NCBI GenBank assembly: GCA_046483985.1
Contig: JAWOCD010000110.1
Coordinates: forward strand, 22,638 to 86,637
DNA: 64,000 nt
Source of the DNA: Promethearchaeia archaeon
Lineage (GTDB): Archaea > Asgardarchaeota > Lokiarchaeia > Sigyniarchaeales > SOKP01
Reading direction: 5' to 3'
Made by a program: the position numbers and the translations under genes. The notes under the pieces were generated by a model. The model was not told where the DNA came from. It saw only the letters and a list, made by a program, of their open reading frames with translations, and made no database searches. Below, piece by piece: positions 9,407-18,933 of the stretch. Every line of letters starts with the position of its first letter. Position 1 is the first letter of the stretch.

Positions 9407-10039
9407 ATGTCAGAACGTCACAAACAAGATAAATATTATAAGAAGGCCAAGCGACAGAATTATCGAGCACGTTCAGCTTATAAATTATTAGATATTCAGA
9501 AACGTTTTTCAATTTTCGAACGGGCATTTTATATTATTGATATTGGGAGCCACCCGGGATCTTGGCTACAAGTCGCTCAAGATTATGCGGAGCAGAATAT
9601 AGAGAAATACAAAAATGATAGATATTACTCATTAGATCATTACAAGATTCTGGGAGTAGATATAAAACATGTATCCCCGATTGAGGGAGTAGAAACGCTA
9701 AAAATGGACGCGACCGATCCTGAATTTAAACAAAAAATTAGAGATTTCTTTTCGGGAAAAAAGGTTGATTTACTTCTCTCGGATGCAAGTATTAAAAAAA
9801 TCGGGAATCAATTTAGTGATCATGTGCGGCAGATTAATCTTTGTTCTAAGATTTTGGACTTGGCTTCAGAATTCCTAAAAAAACAAGGGAGATTCGTTGT
9901 AAAAGCATTCAGAGGACAAGATTTCTCAAAATTCCGTAATAGTGTGAAATCTGTCTTTCAAAATGTAAACGTATATAAGCCTAAAGCTTCTAAAAAACAC
10001 AGTAATGAGATTTATATCGTAGCAAAAAAGAAAAGATAA
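9407..10039 (+). CDS. rlmE: 23S rRNA 2'-O-ribose methyltransferase RlmE/FtsJ
   Basis: YRARSAYKLLDIQKRF, IDIGSHPGSWLQV and LLLSDAS are FtsJ/RrmJ motifs. Confidence 0.85.
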   Translation: MSERHKQDKYYKKAKRQNYRARSAYKLLDIQKRFSIFERAFYIIDIGSHPGSWLQVAQDYAEQNIEKYKNDRYYSLDHYKILGVDIKHVSPIEGVETLKMDATDPEFKQKIRDFFSGKKVDLLLSDASIKKIGNQFSDHVRQINLCSKILDLASEFLKKQGRFVVKAFRGQDFSKFRNSVKSVFQNVNVYKPKASKKHSNEIYIVAKKKR

Positions 10040-10040
10040 A

Positions 10041-10667
10041 TTATGATTCTTGGTCCAATCTTGCTTTTATTTCTTCGAAATTTATATTGAATTCCTTTTC
10101 GCCTTCCATGGATACTTGAATCCAACGCATTAAGAAGGGACAATGCTTAGGATTAAAGATTTCTTGGTTTGTATCATTACATCTTTCTGTGAAAGGACAA
10201 ATAAAACACGGAACTCTTCGAAATAGGTTCCATACAAAATCATCTTTCTTCCTATTAACCTTTACCCCTCCTAATTCAACCTCATTTGTTAATTGTTGAT
10301 TCCATCGGATAATTTTAGTCCACGAACCTTCCATGAGATCACGCTTTACCTTAACAGTATCTCGTAACTGGAGCACTTCCAAAATATCATCTAATTCTTC
10401 GTATGTATTTCCTACTTTGTCTTGTAGTTCTCGAAATTCAACCTTTCCTTCTTCTTTTATTATCTCTAATACTTCTTTCTCTTTTTTATTTAACTTTCGA
10501 TTCAATAACTTTTTACGTGCTTCCATTCGTTCCTTTCTACGTTCAGCATCTGACTTTTGATCTACTTCTGCCTCAAGACGTGCCTTTACTTTGCATTTAT
10601 GACGTGAAAGATACACGTACCATTTCCCACAGTATGGGCACTGTTCTTTCTTTTTTTTACGAGCCAA
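10041..10667 (-). CDS. TFE-beta / RPC34-like transcription factor (zinc ribbon + winged helix + C-terminal Cys4 FeS-type domain)
   Basis: The C-terminus VPCFICPFTERCNDTNQEIFNPKHCPFLMRWI fits the RPC34/TFE-beta pattern PC..CP....C...(n)..P..C.Y/F...W. It is preceded by a WH-like segment (VLEIIKEEGKVEFRELQDKVG). Confidence 0.5.
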   Translation of the reverse strand: MARKKKKEQCPYCGKWYVYLSRHKCKVKARLEAEVDQKSDAERRKERMEARKKLLNRKLNKKEKEVLEIIKEEGKVEFRELQDKVGNTYEELDDILEVLQLRDTVKVKRDLMEGSWTKIIRWNQQLTNEVELGGVKVNRKKDDFVWNLFRRVPCFICPFTERCNDTNQEIFNPKHCPFLMRWIQVSMEGEKEFNINFEEIKARLDQES

Positions 10668-10833
10668 TTTTTAATCATTCCGCAATAGATTTTTATTAAA
10701 ATAATTCTCTACAAATTCTTCTTTTATAAAAAGAATTGATCAAAATTAATCTTTTGGTTTTGAATGAGCTAACTTTTAAGAAATATTATAATTATAATCA
10801 TGTTAGACATTTTTCAACTTTGAGTAGAATGAC

Positions 10834-11697
10834 ATGAAGCTTAAAAATATTTTAAATATTAAGGAACGAAATCTGATAAAAAAAGATAAATTGATGCAAA
10901 AGATCCAAACTTCTCAAAAATTTCACAACTTGTTCATTCCAACGAATTCTCAAAATTTTGATGGGATATTAGGAAATGGCTTTTTAGTAGGTGCGAAATA
11001 TTTGATGTTTGGGGCGAACCGAACGGGTAAAACCCAATTTGCTCATCATATATGTGTCCAGTTTTATAAGGTATTGCAAAACTCGTCCTTTAAAAAACAG
11101 ATTTCCAAAAAATATAATCTTCAGGAGGAATTCATTTTTGATGAGGGGCGAATCTATTTTTTGGATTGTGAGAACACATTTCGACCAGAGCGGATTGAAG
11201 GTATTGCAACAGCCCAAAACCTTCCTTATATGGAAATCTTGAATATGATTCAAGTATCAAAGATTTATAACCTTAATGCACTTCTAAAAAAAATCAAAGA
11301 AATTCGAAAGATACCATCTGATCGGAAACCTCTTCTTTTGATAATTGATTCAATTAACAAATATTATCGGGGAGGGATTACAGATGAGATGTTAACTTTT
11401 CATAAGACTCAAGAACTTATGAAAGAACTCCTAACAGAAATTCATATGCTCCACGAAACTACGCGGGTTTCCATCCTTGCAACGGCGCAAGTATCCGCTG
11501 TATTTGCGGAAGAGGCCTTGATAAAGGAACTTCCCACGGGCAATAGATTCCTAAACCAAATCTTTTCCGAATATGTGTATTTACAAGTAGATGACCGAGA
11601 CCTGCGGTACGCGCAGTTAGTAAATTCCTCCCGCTTTCCAGAAAAACGACTCAGATTTCAGCTTACCGAAAAAGGCATAGAGGATTATAACATTTAG
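10834..11697 (+). CDS. RadA/Rad51 paralog (core ATPase domain only)
   Basis: GANRTGKTQFAHHICVQ (compare Rad51 GEFRTGKTQ), FLDCENTFRPERIEGIA and Walker B LLLIIDS. The HhH N-domain is absent. Confidence 0.55.
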   Translation: MKLKNILNIKERNLIKKDKLMQKIQTSQKFHNLFIPTNSQNFDGILGNGFLVGAKYLMFGANRTGKTQFAHHICVQFYKVLQNSSFKKQISKKYNLQEEFIFDEGRIYFLDCENTFRPERIEGIATAQNLPYMEILNMIQVSKIYNLNALLKKIKEIRKIPSDRKPLLLIIDSINKYYRGGITDEMLTFHKTQELMKELLTEIHMLHETTRVSILATAQVSAVFAEEALIKELPTGNRFLNQIFSEYVYLQVDDRDLRYAQLVNSSRFPEKRLRFQLTEKGIEDYNI

Positions 11698-11710
11698 AAT
11701 ACCCTTGAGG

Positions 11711-12628
11711 TTAATCTTGATTTAAGGTATATTCTTTAGATTTTTTCACTAATTTTATAAAATCTTCTATGGTTATTGCGGAGAATTCTTCTAATCTTTT
11801 CTTAGGCTCCACAAAATAGCACTGATTCGGTATTTCATCAATGACCCTTTTGATTAGAAGACGAGCATAGTGCAATTTTTTCTTTTTTATTTTGTTTGCT
11901 TTTTTATCTGTGTGGAATTCCGATTTTGAATATTTTCCCACAGATGATCCAAAATCCATCCCGAAAAAGCAAATTTTTTGTGAAGGCAAGAGGAGATTTT
12001 TTAGGAAGAATATGATCCGATCGCCGTCTGTAAATCCCCCGGGATTAATGATTAAGTGTTCTGCTTTTACTTGTCCAGTACCTATTATCTTATGTTTTTT
12101 CCTAATTTCCTCCTTAAACATTCTTAATTTCTCTGTATTGTCTCCGTGTGCATGAACAATGAGGTACGTTCCATAGCGAAATTCCTTTGAGGTTATTCCA
12201 TCTAAGTCGGTGAATATCCCATCAAGGAATATTTTTTTTTTTCTTAGAAACACAGATCCGCCATCTGCGGCTAAATTTATCGTGTATTTGAATATATTTT
12301 TATGAGAGGTTTGAATCAATTTGTTGATACAAGATTCCAATGAAGGACCCGCACCGAAGATACATATCACTGGTTTCTTTTGTATTTGGTGGTGAAATGC
12401 GTGAATTATCTTTTCTCTATCCCAATCTTTTCCCTTTTTTTCTAACAACCGATTCAGATATTTTTGAGCTTCTTTATCCTTTTGTTGGTCGAAATTGAAG
12501 TCTTGCACTATCTGATAGTATGTTTCCTTAAAAGCGCTAAAATTATTTAGTAGATCTGCATACTCTCTGCTTTTTGCGGGTCTTTTTTTCATCTTTTTGG
12601 ATGTATATTTTTTATCTATATTGCTCAA
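11711..12628 (-). CDS. MptE-like 6-hydroxymethylpterin diphosphokinase family protein (DUF115)
   Basis: VICIFGAGPSLE, AADGG, TDLDG and VHAHGDN are the DUF115/MptE motif series. Confidence 0.55.
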   Translation of the reverse strand: MSNIDKKYTSKKMKKRPAKSREYADLLNNFSAFKETYYQIVQDFNFDQQKDKEAQKYLNRLLEKKGKDWDREKIIHAFHHQIQKKPVICIFGAGPSLESCINKLIQTSHKNIFKYTINLAADGGSVFLRKKKIFLDGIFTDLDGITSKEFRYGTYLIVHAHGDNTEKLRMFKEEIRKKHKIIGTGQVKAEHLIINPGGFTDGDRIIFFLKNLLLPSQKICFFGMDFGSSVGKYSKSEFHTDKKANKIKKKKLHYARLLIKRVIDEIPNQCYFVEPKKRLEEFSAITIEDFIKLVKKSKEYTLNQD

Positions 12629-12781
12629 TTTTTCTTATCAATCTTTTTTTTCAAGACTATTTAATATTCAAGTGAATTTAAAATTTGGAAAAATATATTT
12701 AAATTTTATTTTATTATTGTAAAACATACCAATTAATTAATTGAAAAAAATTAACTTATAAAAAACGAGATGTATTAAGAA

Positions 12782-13201
12782 ATGAGCGAAATTAAAGACG
12801 GATTGCACTATACTAAGACGCACCAATGGTATAATCCCGATACGAACAAAGTTGGACTCACAGCATACGCAGCAGATTCTTTAGGAGAGATTTCATTTGT
12901 TGATTTGGATGCCATTAGGGGAGAAGATCTTTCTCAAGTTGAGATGGATGGGGATGAACCTTCCAGTGCTCCTATCGATGCAATGGTAGAAAGTAACAAA
13001 GCCGTTGGCGATATCTTCAGCCCCCTTTCAGGAAATGTAACAGCAATTAATGATGAATTATTAGACTTTCCTGAAAAAGTAAATGATGATCCTTATGGAG
13101 AGGGTTGGCTTTTTGAACTCGATCCTTCGGACTTTGATGGCGAGAAAGGGGAACTCCTTTCAGCCGACGAATATGCTGAATTTGTCGAAGGGTTAGATTA
13201 A
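12782..13201 (+). CDS. gcvH: glycine cleavage system protein H (lipoyl carrier)
   Basis: YTKTHQWY, GLTAYAADSLGEISFVDL, lipoyl-Lys context VESNKAV and DPYGEGWLFEL. Confidence 0.85.
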   Translation: MSEIKDGLHYTKTHQWYNPDTNKVGLTAYAADSLGEISFVDLDAIRGEDLSQVEMDGDEPSSAPIDAMVESNKAVGDIFSPLSGNVTAINDELLDFPEKVNDDPYGEGWLFELDPSDFDGEKGELLSADEYAEFVEGLD

Positions 13202-13299
13202 ACAAAAGCAATTTTAAGTATTAATTAATTTTCAATTCTCTCTTTTTTTCTTTTTTTTTACTATTAGAAGTCTTAAATCCTATTAGCCATATTTAACTA

Positions 13300-14529
13300 G
13301 TGAATGTAATGAATTCTCAAGATTTTCAAATTGGATTAATTATTAATCCTATATCTGGGATGGGGGGTTCCGTTGGATTAAAGGGAACCGACGGCCGAAA
13401 CATTCTTAAAAAAGCGGTAAAGATGGGCGCAAAACCCAATGCTACCAATCGCATGGAACATGTACTCCAAGAATTGGAGATAATTAAATCCAAGTTAAGG
13501 TTTATCACATGTCCAAATGGAATGGGAGAAAGCGTGTTAAAAAAGGCAGGATTTAATTATACCTTAGTAGATTCGGTTCCTGTACCCGACCTAGAGCAAA
13601 TAAAAGTAAAAGCGGAAATATCCGAGGATTCAAAACAAAAAACAATTTCAGCATTTAGTGAAATAAAGGATATTTACGATACTCGGGCCTACCATACGAA
13701 ACTTGCTGCAAAGATTATGAAGCAGATGGAACACATTAGACTAATAATCTTTGTTGGTGGGGATGGCACAGCCAGAGATGTGTATGAAGAAGTCGATCAA
13801 GAGCTCCCGTGCTTGGGTATTCCCGCTGGAGTGAAGATCTATTCCAGTGTCTTTTCTTTAAACCCCGAGAAAGCGGCCTCGTTAATCATGCGATATTTAT
13901 GGGATGAAGCCGGGTTGAAAGAAGCAGAAGTATTGGATATCGATGAAGAAGAATTTCGAGAGGGGCATCTTGTGTCAAAATTATACGGATATCTCCTCAC
14001 CCCCTTTGATCCCGGTTATAGACAACGTTCGAAATTAGGGACTCCGACTTCAGATTTGGATAACCAAGAACGTATTGCAAAGCGTGTTATTGAACTCCTT
14101 GAAGACGATACATACTATTTTATCGGACCCGGAACGACCACAAAAGCGATCACCGATCGGCTTGACCAAGAAAAAACTGTGTTGGGGGTTGATTTATTAC
14201 ATAATCAGGAGATTATTGCAAAAGATCTAAATGAAACTCAAATTTTGAATTATATCAATGAAGGTAGTCCGGTAAAAATCATTATATCTCCGATCGGTCG
14301 TCAAGGGTTCATATTTGGCCGTGGAAATCTGCAATTTTCCCCTGAAGTGTTGCAAAAAGTGGGGTCGAAAAATATTATTATTCTCTCTACGCAATTCAAA
14401 CTCCAAAAAATACCCAATCAGATTCTTCGATTAGATACCCGAGATCCTCAAGTTGATAAAGAATTTGAGGGATTATACAAAGTAATCACGGATTATGACC
14501 AAATAAAGATATGCCGTGTTAAAAAATAA
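13300..14529 (+). CDS. ATP-NAD kinase-like family protein
   Basis: The IIFVGGDGTARDV motif and overall size match the predicted NAD/polyphosphate kinase family (GGDGT). Confidence 0.55.
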   Translation: MNVMNSQDFQIGLIINPISGMGGSVGLKGTDGRNILKKAVKMGAKPNATNRMEHVLQELEIIKSKLRFITCPNGMGESVLKKAGFNYTLVDSVPVPDLEQIKVKAEISEDSKQKTISAFSEIKDIYDTRAYHTKLAAKIMKQMEHIRLIIFVGGDGTARDVYEEVDQELPCLGIPAGVKIYSSVFSLNPEKAASLIMRYLWDEAGLKEAEVLDIDEEEFREGHLVSKLYGYLLTPFDPGYRQRSKLGTPTSDLDNQERIAKRVIELLEDDTYYFIGPGTTTKAITDRLDQEKTVLGVDLLHNQEIIAKDLNETQILNYINEGSPVKIIISPIGRQGFIFGRGNLQFSPEVLQKVGSKNIIILSTQFKLQKIPNQILRLDTRDPQVDKEFEGLYKVITDYDQIKICRVKK

Positions 14530-14577
14530 ATTTTTGAGAGGATTCTACGGGGAAAAAGCATATAACGTAAATTTTGC

Positions 14578-15108
14578 TCAAGCGTCAATATTGCCAGTCT
14601 TCACGCCAATCATATATTGAAGTAATACGAATGTGACAATAATAAACAGAAACCCAATGACTAAAATACGTAAAGCAATCTTTCTATCATATAGATGTTT
14701 ACTGGCTTGATATAGCAAGATGAACCCTGTGGAATTAAGAAAGAGTAAGATGGAGGCAACAATTGATTCGATGATAAAGGCATCACTCGTTGATGTGTAT
14801 AAAAATATAGCATCACCGCTCCTATCTGCTCCAAGTGCGGGTACGTCCTTGTATACCAAATATACCACGCCCGTCTGCAAGATAAAAAGGATAGTATAAA
14901 TTACGATAAGGGCCAAAGTTTTTGAAGGCATCGGAATAGAAATGCGCCGAGTTTTTAATTTCGGGAATTTTATTTTAGGTTTTCGCAGCGCCTTTCCGAA
15001 TATCCATGGAGTTTTTTCTTTTAATTTCTCTCCAATGGTTTCTGAACCGATACTATAATCATTAACTTTTTTACTTCGATTCTTAATCTGCCTTCTCTTT
15101 GACGACAT
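14578..15108 (-). CDS. small membrane protein (basic N-tail + 3-4 TM), possibly OST3/OST6/OSTC-like
   Basis: 176 aa. The TM pattern and segments MPSKTLALIVIYTILFILQTGVVYLVY ... FIIESIVASILLFLNSTGFILL recall my recollection of the eukaryotic OSTC/OST3 membrane domain. Not verified. Confidence 0.3.
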   Translation of the reverse strand: MSSKRRQIKNRSKKVNDYSIGSETIGEKLKEKTPWIFGKALRKPKIKFPKLKTRRISIPMPSKTLALIVIYTILFILQTGVVYLVYKDVPALGADRSGDAIFLYTSTSDAFIIESIVASILLFLNSTGFILLYQASKHLYDRKIALRILVIGFLFIIVTFVLLQYMIGVKTGNIDA

Positions 15109-15203
15109 TTCAATCTCATATACAAATTATAATTGATATCTAGATAGAGTAATATGTTTCTATTTAAAATATTTTATTGAAATAATGTGAAAATGTTTGG
15201 ATA

Positions 15204-16730
15204 TTAATTGGAGAGGGAAGATTTAAGATTTTTAAGAAATCCGATAATGAATTTCCACATCTTTTCCACGCTTTTGACTTGTAATTTTTCATCGGGAGAG
15301 TGCGGATTTTCTATCTGTGGGCCGATAGATATTAATTCGGTTTCGGGGAAGCGGTCCTTCAATATTCCACACTCTAAGCCGGCATGGATCGCTCGCACTT
15401 GTACTTTTTTACCGAATAATACTTTATAGGTCTCTTTTGCAACATTTAAAAGGGTGGAATCGAAATTAGGAGTCCATCCAGGATAATCACCGATATGGCT
15501 TACTTTTATTCCAAGATCGGCTAACTGAAATAACGCTTCTATTTTTTCATAAATAATACGCTTAGAGAGAGGGTCCATGCTTCTCTGACTCGTCGTAACT
15601 TTAAAGGATGTATCGGTCGTTTTCAAGGCCGCTAAATTTGTAGATGTATATACTAACTTCTTAATCTCCGGATGCATATCAATTACTCCGTTTGGGCACA
15701 CATATAGCATATGTAATAGCTGATTTTGAACTCGTGTTGGAAAAATCAAATTTTCTTTACTTTCTTTACTAATTTCGTAAGAGAGGGTCATATTGGATTC
15801 TCTTGTTCCTATTTCCAACTCAATTTCCTCAAAAATATCTTCTAAAAGTTCTTGTATCTCTTCCTTTTCTTTCATTTTAAAGAAGAAAAAAGCTTTTGCT
15901 TCCCTGGGAATTGCATTCGGACGATTCCCTCCATTCACGGAACTTAAATAAATGGTATATTTATTATTGACTTTCCAGAGTATTTTGGCGATAAGTTTTA
16001 TGGCGTTTTCATGTCCTTTGTTGATATCAACTCCCGAATGCCCTCCCCGTAATCCCGAAATCGATAAATTGATGGCCCCCATTTTTTCTTTCGTCTTATT
16101 TTCTATTTTCTCCAAATCTATATCTAATTCACCAATCGTACTTATCCCCCCGGCACACCCTATAGTGAACGTATCATCATCTTCTGAGTCTAAGTTTATT
16201 AAGAAGGCGAGATTTGAAATAAGAGTGGGATCGATATCAAATGCACCCTGTAATCCTGATTCTTCATCGACCGTGCAGAGGCATATTATTTTACTACCCC
16301 CGAGATCTATTTGCGCATTTGCAATACGATCCATTAAGACTAAAATATAAGCAAGCCCCACACCGTTATCTGCCCCCAATGTGGTACCCTTTGCGGTTAT
16401 CCACTTCTCACTTTCCAACTCAATAACTTTCAAATCAAGGCCGTCTTTTTTAAAGTCAAATTCCACATTTTCGTTTTTCTCACAGACCATATCTAAATGG
16501 GCTTGAAGAACAACGGAATTTGCATCCTGCTCTCGTGAATAATCATACAAATAAATAAAAAGGTTTCCAGCTTTATCGATTCTATGCTCGAATCCAAAAT
16601 TCTCAGCTTTTTTTACCATATACTCCCGAATTTTCTCTTCATATTTCGAACATCGGGGGATCTCACTTATTTGCTGAAAATAGCCCCAAAATTCTTGGGG
16701 TTTACTTAAATCATTCATTTCCAATTTCAT
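15204..16730 (-). CDS. pepD: aminoacyl-histidine (Xaa-His) dipeptidase PepD, M20 family
   Basis: FWGYFQQISEIPRCS, LQAHLDMVCEKN and TVDEESGLQGA. The length (508 aa) is typical of PepD. Confidence 0.85.
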   Translation of the reverse strand: MKLEMNDLSKPQEFWGYFQQISEIPRCSKYEEKIREYMVKKAENFGFEHRIDKAGNLFIYLYDYSREQDANSVVLQAHLDMVCEKNENVEFDFKKDGLDLKVIELESEKWITAKGTTLGADNGVGLAYILVLMDRIANAQIDLGGSKIICLCTVDEESGLQGAFDIDPTLISNLAFLINLDSEDDDTFTIGCAGGISTIGELDIDLEKIENKTKEKMGAINLSISGLRGGHSGVDINKGHENAIKLIAKILWKVNNKYTIYLSSVNGGNRPNAIPREAKAFFFFKMKEKEEIQELLEDIFEEIELEIGTRESNMTLSYEISKESKENLIFPTRVQNQLLHMLYVCPNGVIDMHPEIKKLVYTSTNLAALKTTDTSFKVTTSQRSMDPLSKRIIYEKIEALFQLADLGIKVSHIGDYPGWTPNFDSTLLNVAKETYKVLFGKKVQVRAIHAGLECGILKDRFPETELISIGPQIENPHSPDEKLQVKSVEKMWKFIIGFLKNLKSSLSN

Positions 16731-16859
16731 ATTAAATTTAACTCCATTGATAATTTTGGGAATAACATCTGAGCTATATTATCAAATTATTTATATTGAT
16801 ACTCTTTTATTAATTACTAGAGTAGAAAATAAAAACAAGTCCTCAAGAGAGATAAGAAC

Positions 16860-18083
16860 GTGAGTTTTAAAGATCTTTATTCCGAAGTCAAAAAACGGAA
16901 AATGCAAGCTCTAAATAAGAAAGATGTGGTGAAAGCCGTTGAAAAACATGGAAAAATTCTTGCTGTTGACGGAAAATTCGAAAAAGTGAAAAAAGTCATT
17001 AAACACATATATGCCTCTGAAAAGGAGATTATTAAAACCAGAAACTTAAAAGATATTCTTAAAACAGATCTCAACCGCTTTGACGTGGTGTTATTAGGAT
17101 GTCCTGGAAATAATATCCCGCGGGCTGCACATCCCAAAATTAAAAGGTATGTGGAACAAGGGGGATGGCTTATTACCACCGATTGGGTAATAAAAAGTAT
17201 TATTGAACCAGTCTTTCCGGGATATATTCGTTGGAACGGCAACAGATCTGATGATACGGTCGTGTCTTGTCAAATACTGGAACCAAATCATCCGTTTCTT
17301 GACGGAGTGATCAGTGAAATCAGCAAAAGCAAGTGGCAGGAGTCTGCGAAAGACGTAAAAAAAAAAGAATTTAAATGGTGGCTTGAAAACAGAAGTTTCC
17401 CCATCCAAGTTGTGAATCATCAAGCGGTGCGGGTATTAATTGCCTCTTGGGAGCTAAAAAATAAATACGGCGAGGCTCCGGTTTTAGTCTATTTTGATTA
17501 TGGAAAACAAGGGGGGAGAATTATTCATATGATAAGTCATACGCATTTACAAAAAGGAGGAGAAAAAGGAAAGTATGCCTCTGCACTTATATTGACTAAT
17601 ATCTTAGATGAGAAAGTTGCCAGGAAAATGGGCATATCAAAAGGTCAACCTGCTAAACCAGCTCAACGTTATCAAGATCCTTCTTCTCCCAACCAAAATC
17701 AAAATTATGTGACACCGCAAATGCCCCCAGCTCAATCAAATCCCCCATCAAATCAATCTGCTTTTGAAGAAAATTGGGTTTTCTCTTCGCAGAACCAATC
17801 GGACCAAAATGATTATGTAACTCCCGATAACATCGGCTCTGAAGGAGGGAAAGGGGCTGAAGGCGTGGACTTGACAGGCACCTCAAAAATTGTGGAAACC
17901 GATGTAAATGATCCTAGTTTTTCCTTTGCTGATGAATGTGCTTATTGTGGATATGATTTTGGGGAATATCAAGGAAAGGTGTTCACTTGTAATGAATGCG
18001 GAACGCACTATCATGAAAATTGCATTAACCAACAAGTGCAAGAGGGGGTATGTAAAAAATGTGGTAGGATCCTCCTTTGGTAA
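16860..18083 (+). CDS. hypothetical protein: GATase1/ThuA-like N-domain, Q/P/N-rich linker, C-terminal PHD/RING-spaced zinc finger
   Basis: VVLLGCPGNN...GGWLITTDW, a low-complexity linker, then C-x2-C-x13-C-x2-C-x4-H-x2-C-x9-C-x2-C at 17937-18080. Confidence 0.45.
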   Translation: MSFKDLYSEVKKRKMQALNKKDVVKAVEKHGKILAVDGKFEKVKKVIKHIYASEKEIIKTRNLKDILKTDLNRFDVVLLGCPGNNIPRAAHPKIKRYVEQGGWLITTDWVIKSIIEPVFPGYIRWNGNRSDDTVVSCQILEPNHPFLDGVISEISKSKWQESAKDVKKKEFKWWLENRSFPIQVVNHQAVRVLIASWELKNKYGEAPVLVYFDYGKQGGRIIHMISHTHLQKGGEKGKYASALILTNILDEKVARKMGISKGQPAKPAQRYQDPSSPNQNQNYVTPQMPPAQSNPPSNQSAFEENWVFSSQNQSDQNDYVTPDNIGSEGGKGAEGVDLTGTSKIVETDVNDPSFSFADECAYCGYDFGEYQGKVFTCNECGTHYHENCINQQVQEGVCKKCGRILLW

Positions 18084-18131
18084 ATCACACCACTCATTTA
18101 TTTATTATTCTATAGTTTTTCAAATTAAAAT

Positions 18132-18893
18132 ATGAAAGTTACCTTTTTGGGAACTGCGGGAAGTACTATTTCAGCACATAGAACCTATCCTTCTATCTTG
18201 ATTAATGATGATTTTTTATTGGATTGTGGAGAAGGGACCACTCAAAAATTAGTTAGCTTGGGATATATTGACGATATTTCGATAATTTGCATTACTCATC
18301 TTCACAATGACCATTTTCTAGGAATATTTTCGCTGCTTTGGTATTGGTATATTAATCAACGAGAAAAACCGTTGCATCTGATTTCCCCTCCCAATATTCA
18401 GAAGACGATAGAACAGATTTTAGATTTAACCAACACTCCGGAGAGTATGCGAAAATCATTTGAAATTCACTATAGCCCATTAAAAAATATAGAGGGAATG
18501 CAAAAATTGGATACTAAATACAAGATTAACGCCCTTAAGATGGAACATCTGGATCCGACCTTTGGATTCAGAATTAGCCACCGGGGTCGCATTGTTGCTT
18601 ATTCTGGAGATAGTAGACCCAATGAAAATTTGGTAAAATTGGCTAAGAATTGTAACCTTCTAATTGGAGAAGCAACCTATTCTGATTCTCTTAAGGATCT
18701 TGCAGAAGAGCACTTTCATTCGACGCCATCACAGATGGCACGTGTTGCACAACGAGGGGGTTGTAAAAAATTAGCATTAGTTCATATATCTCCCTTCTTT
18801 CATGGAAAATTACAGGATTTTCAAGAAAACGCGGCCCAAATATTTAAGGGTGATATAATTATCCCCCAAGATCTCGATGTACTTGAATTATAG
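18132..18893 (+). CDS. MBL-fold metallo-hydrolase (RNase Z/ElaC-like)
   Basis: HLHNDHFLG (HxHxDH) and a later HIS..F motif. 253 aa. Confidence 0.6.
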   Translation: MKVTFLGTAGSTISAHRTYPSILINDDFLLDCGEGTTQKLVSLGYIDDISIICITHLHNDHFLGIFSLLWYWYINQREKPLHLISPPNIQKTIEQILDLTNTPESMRKSFEIHYSPLKNIEGMQKLDTKYKINALKMEHLDPTFGFRISHRGRIVAYSGDSRPNENLVKLAKNCNLLIGEATYSDSLKDLAEEHFHSTPSQMARVAQRGGCKKLALVHISPFFHGKLQDFQENAAQIFKGDIIIPQDLDVLEL

Positions 18894-18933
18894 ATATTAA
18901 GCATTCTGTGTTGTCTAAGGTGTGTATAGCACA

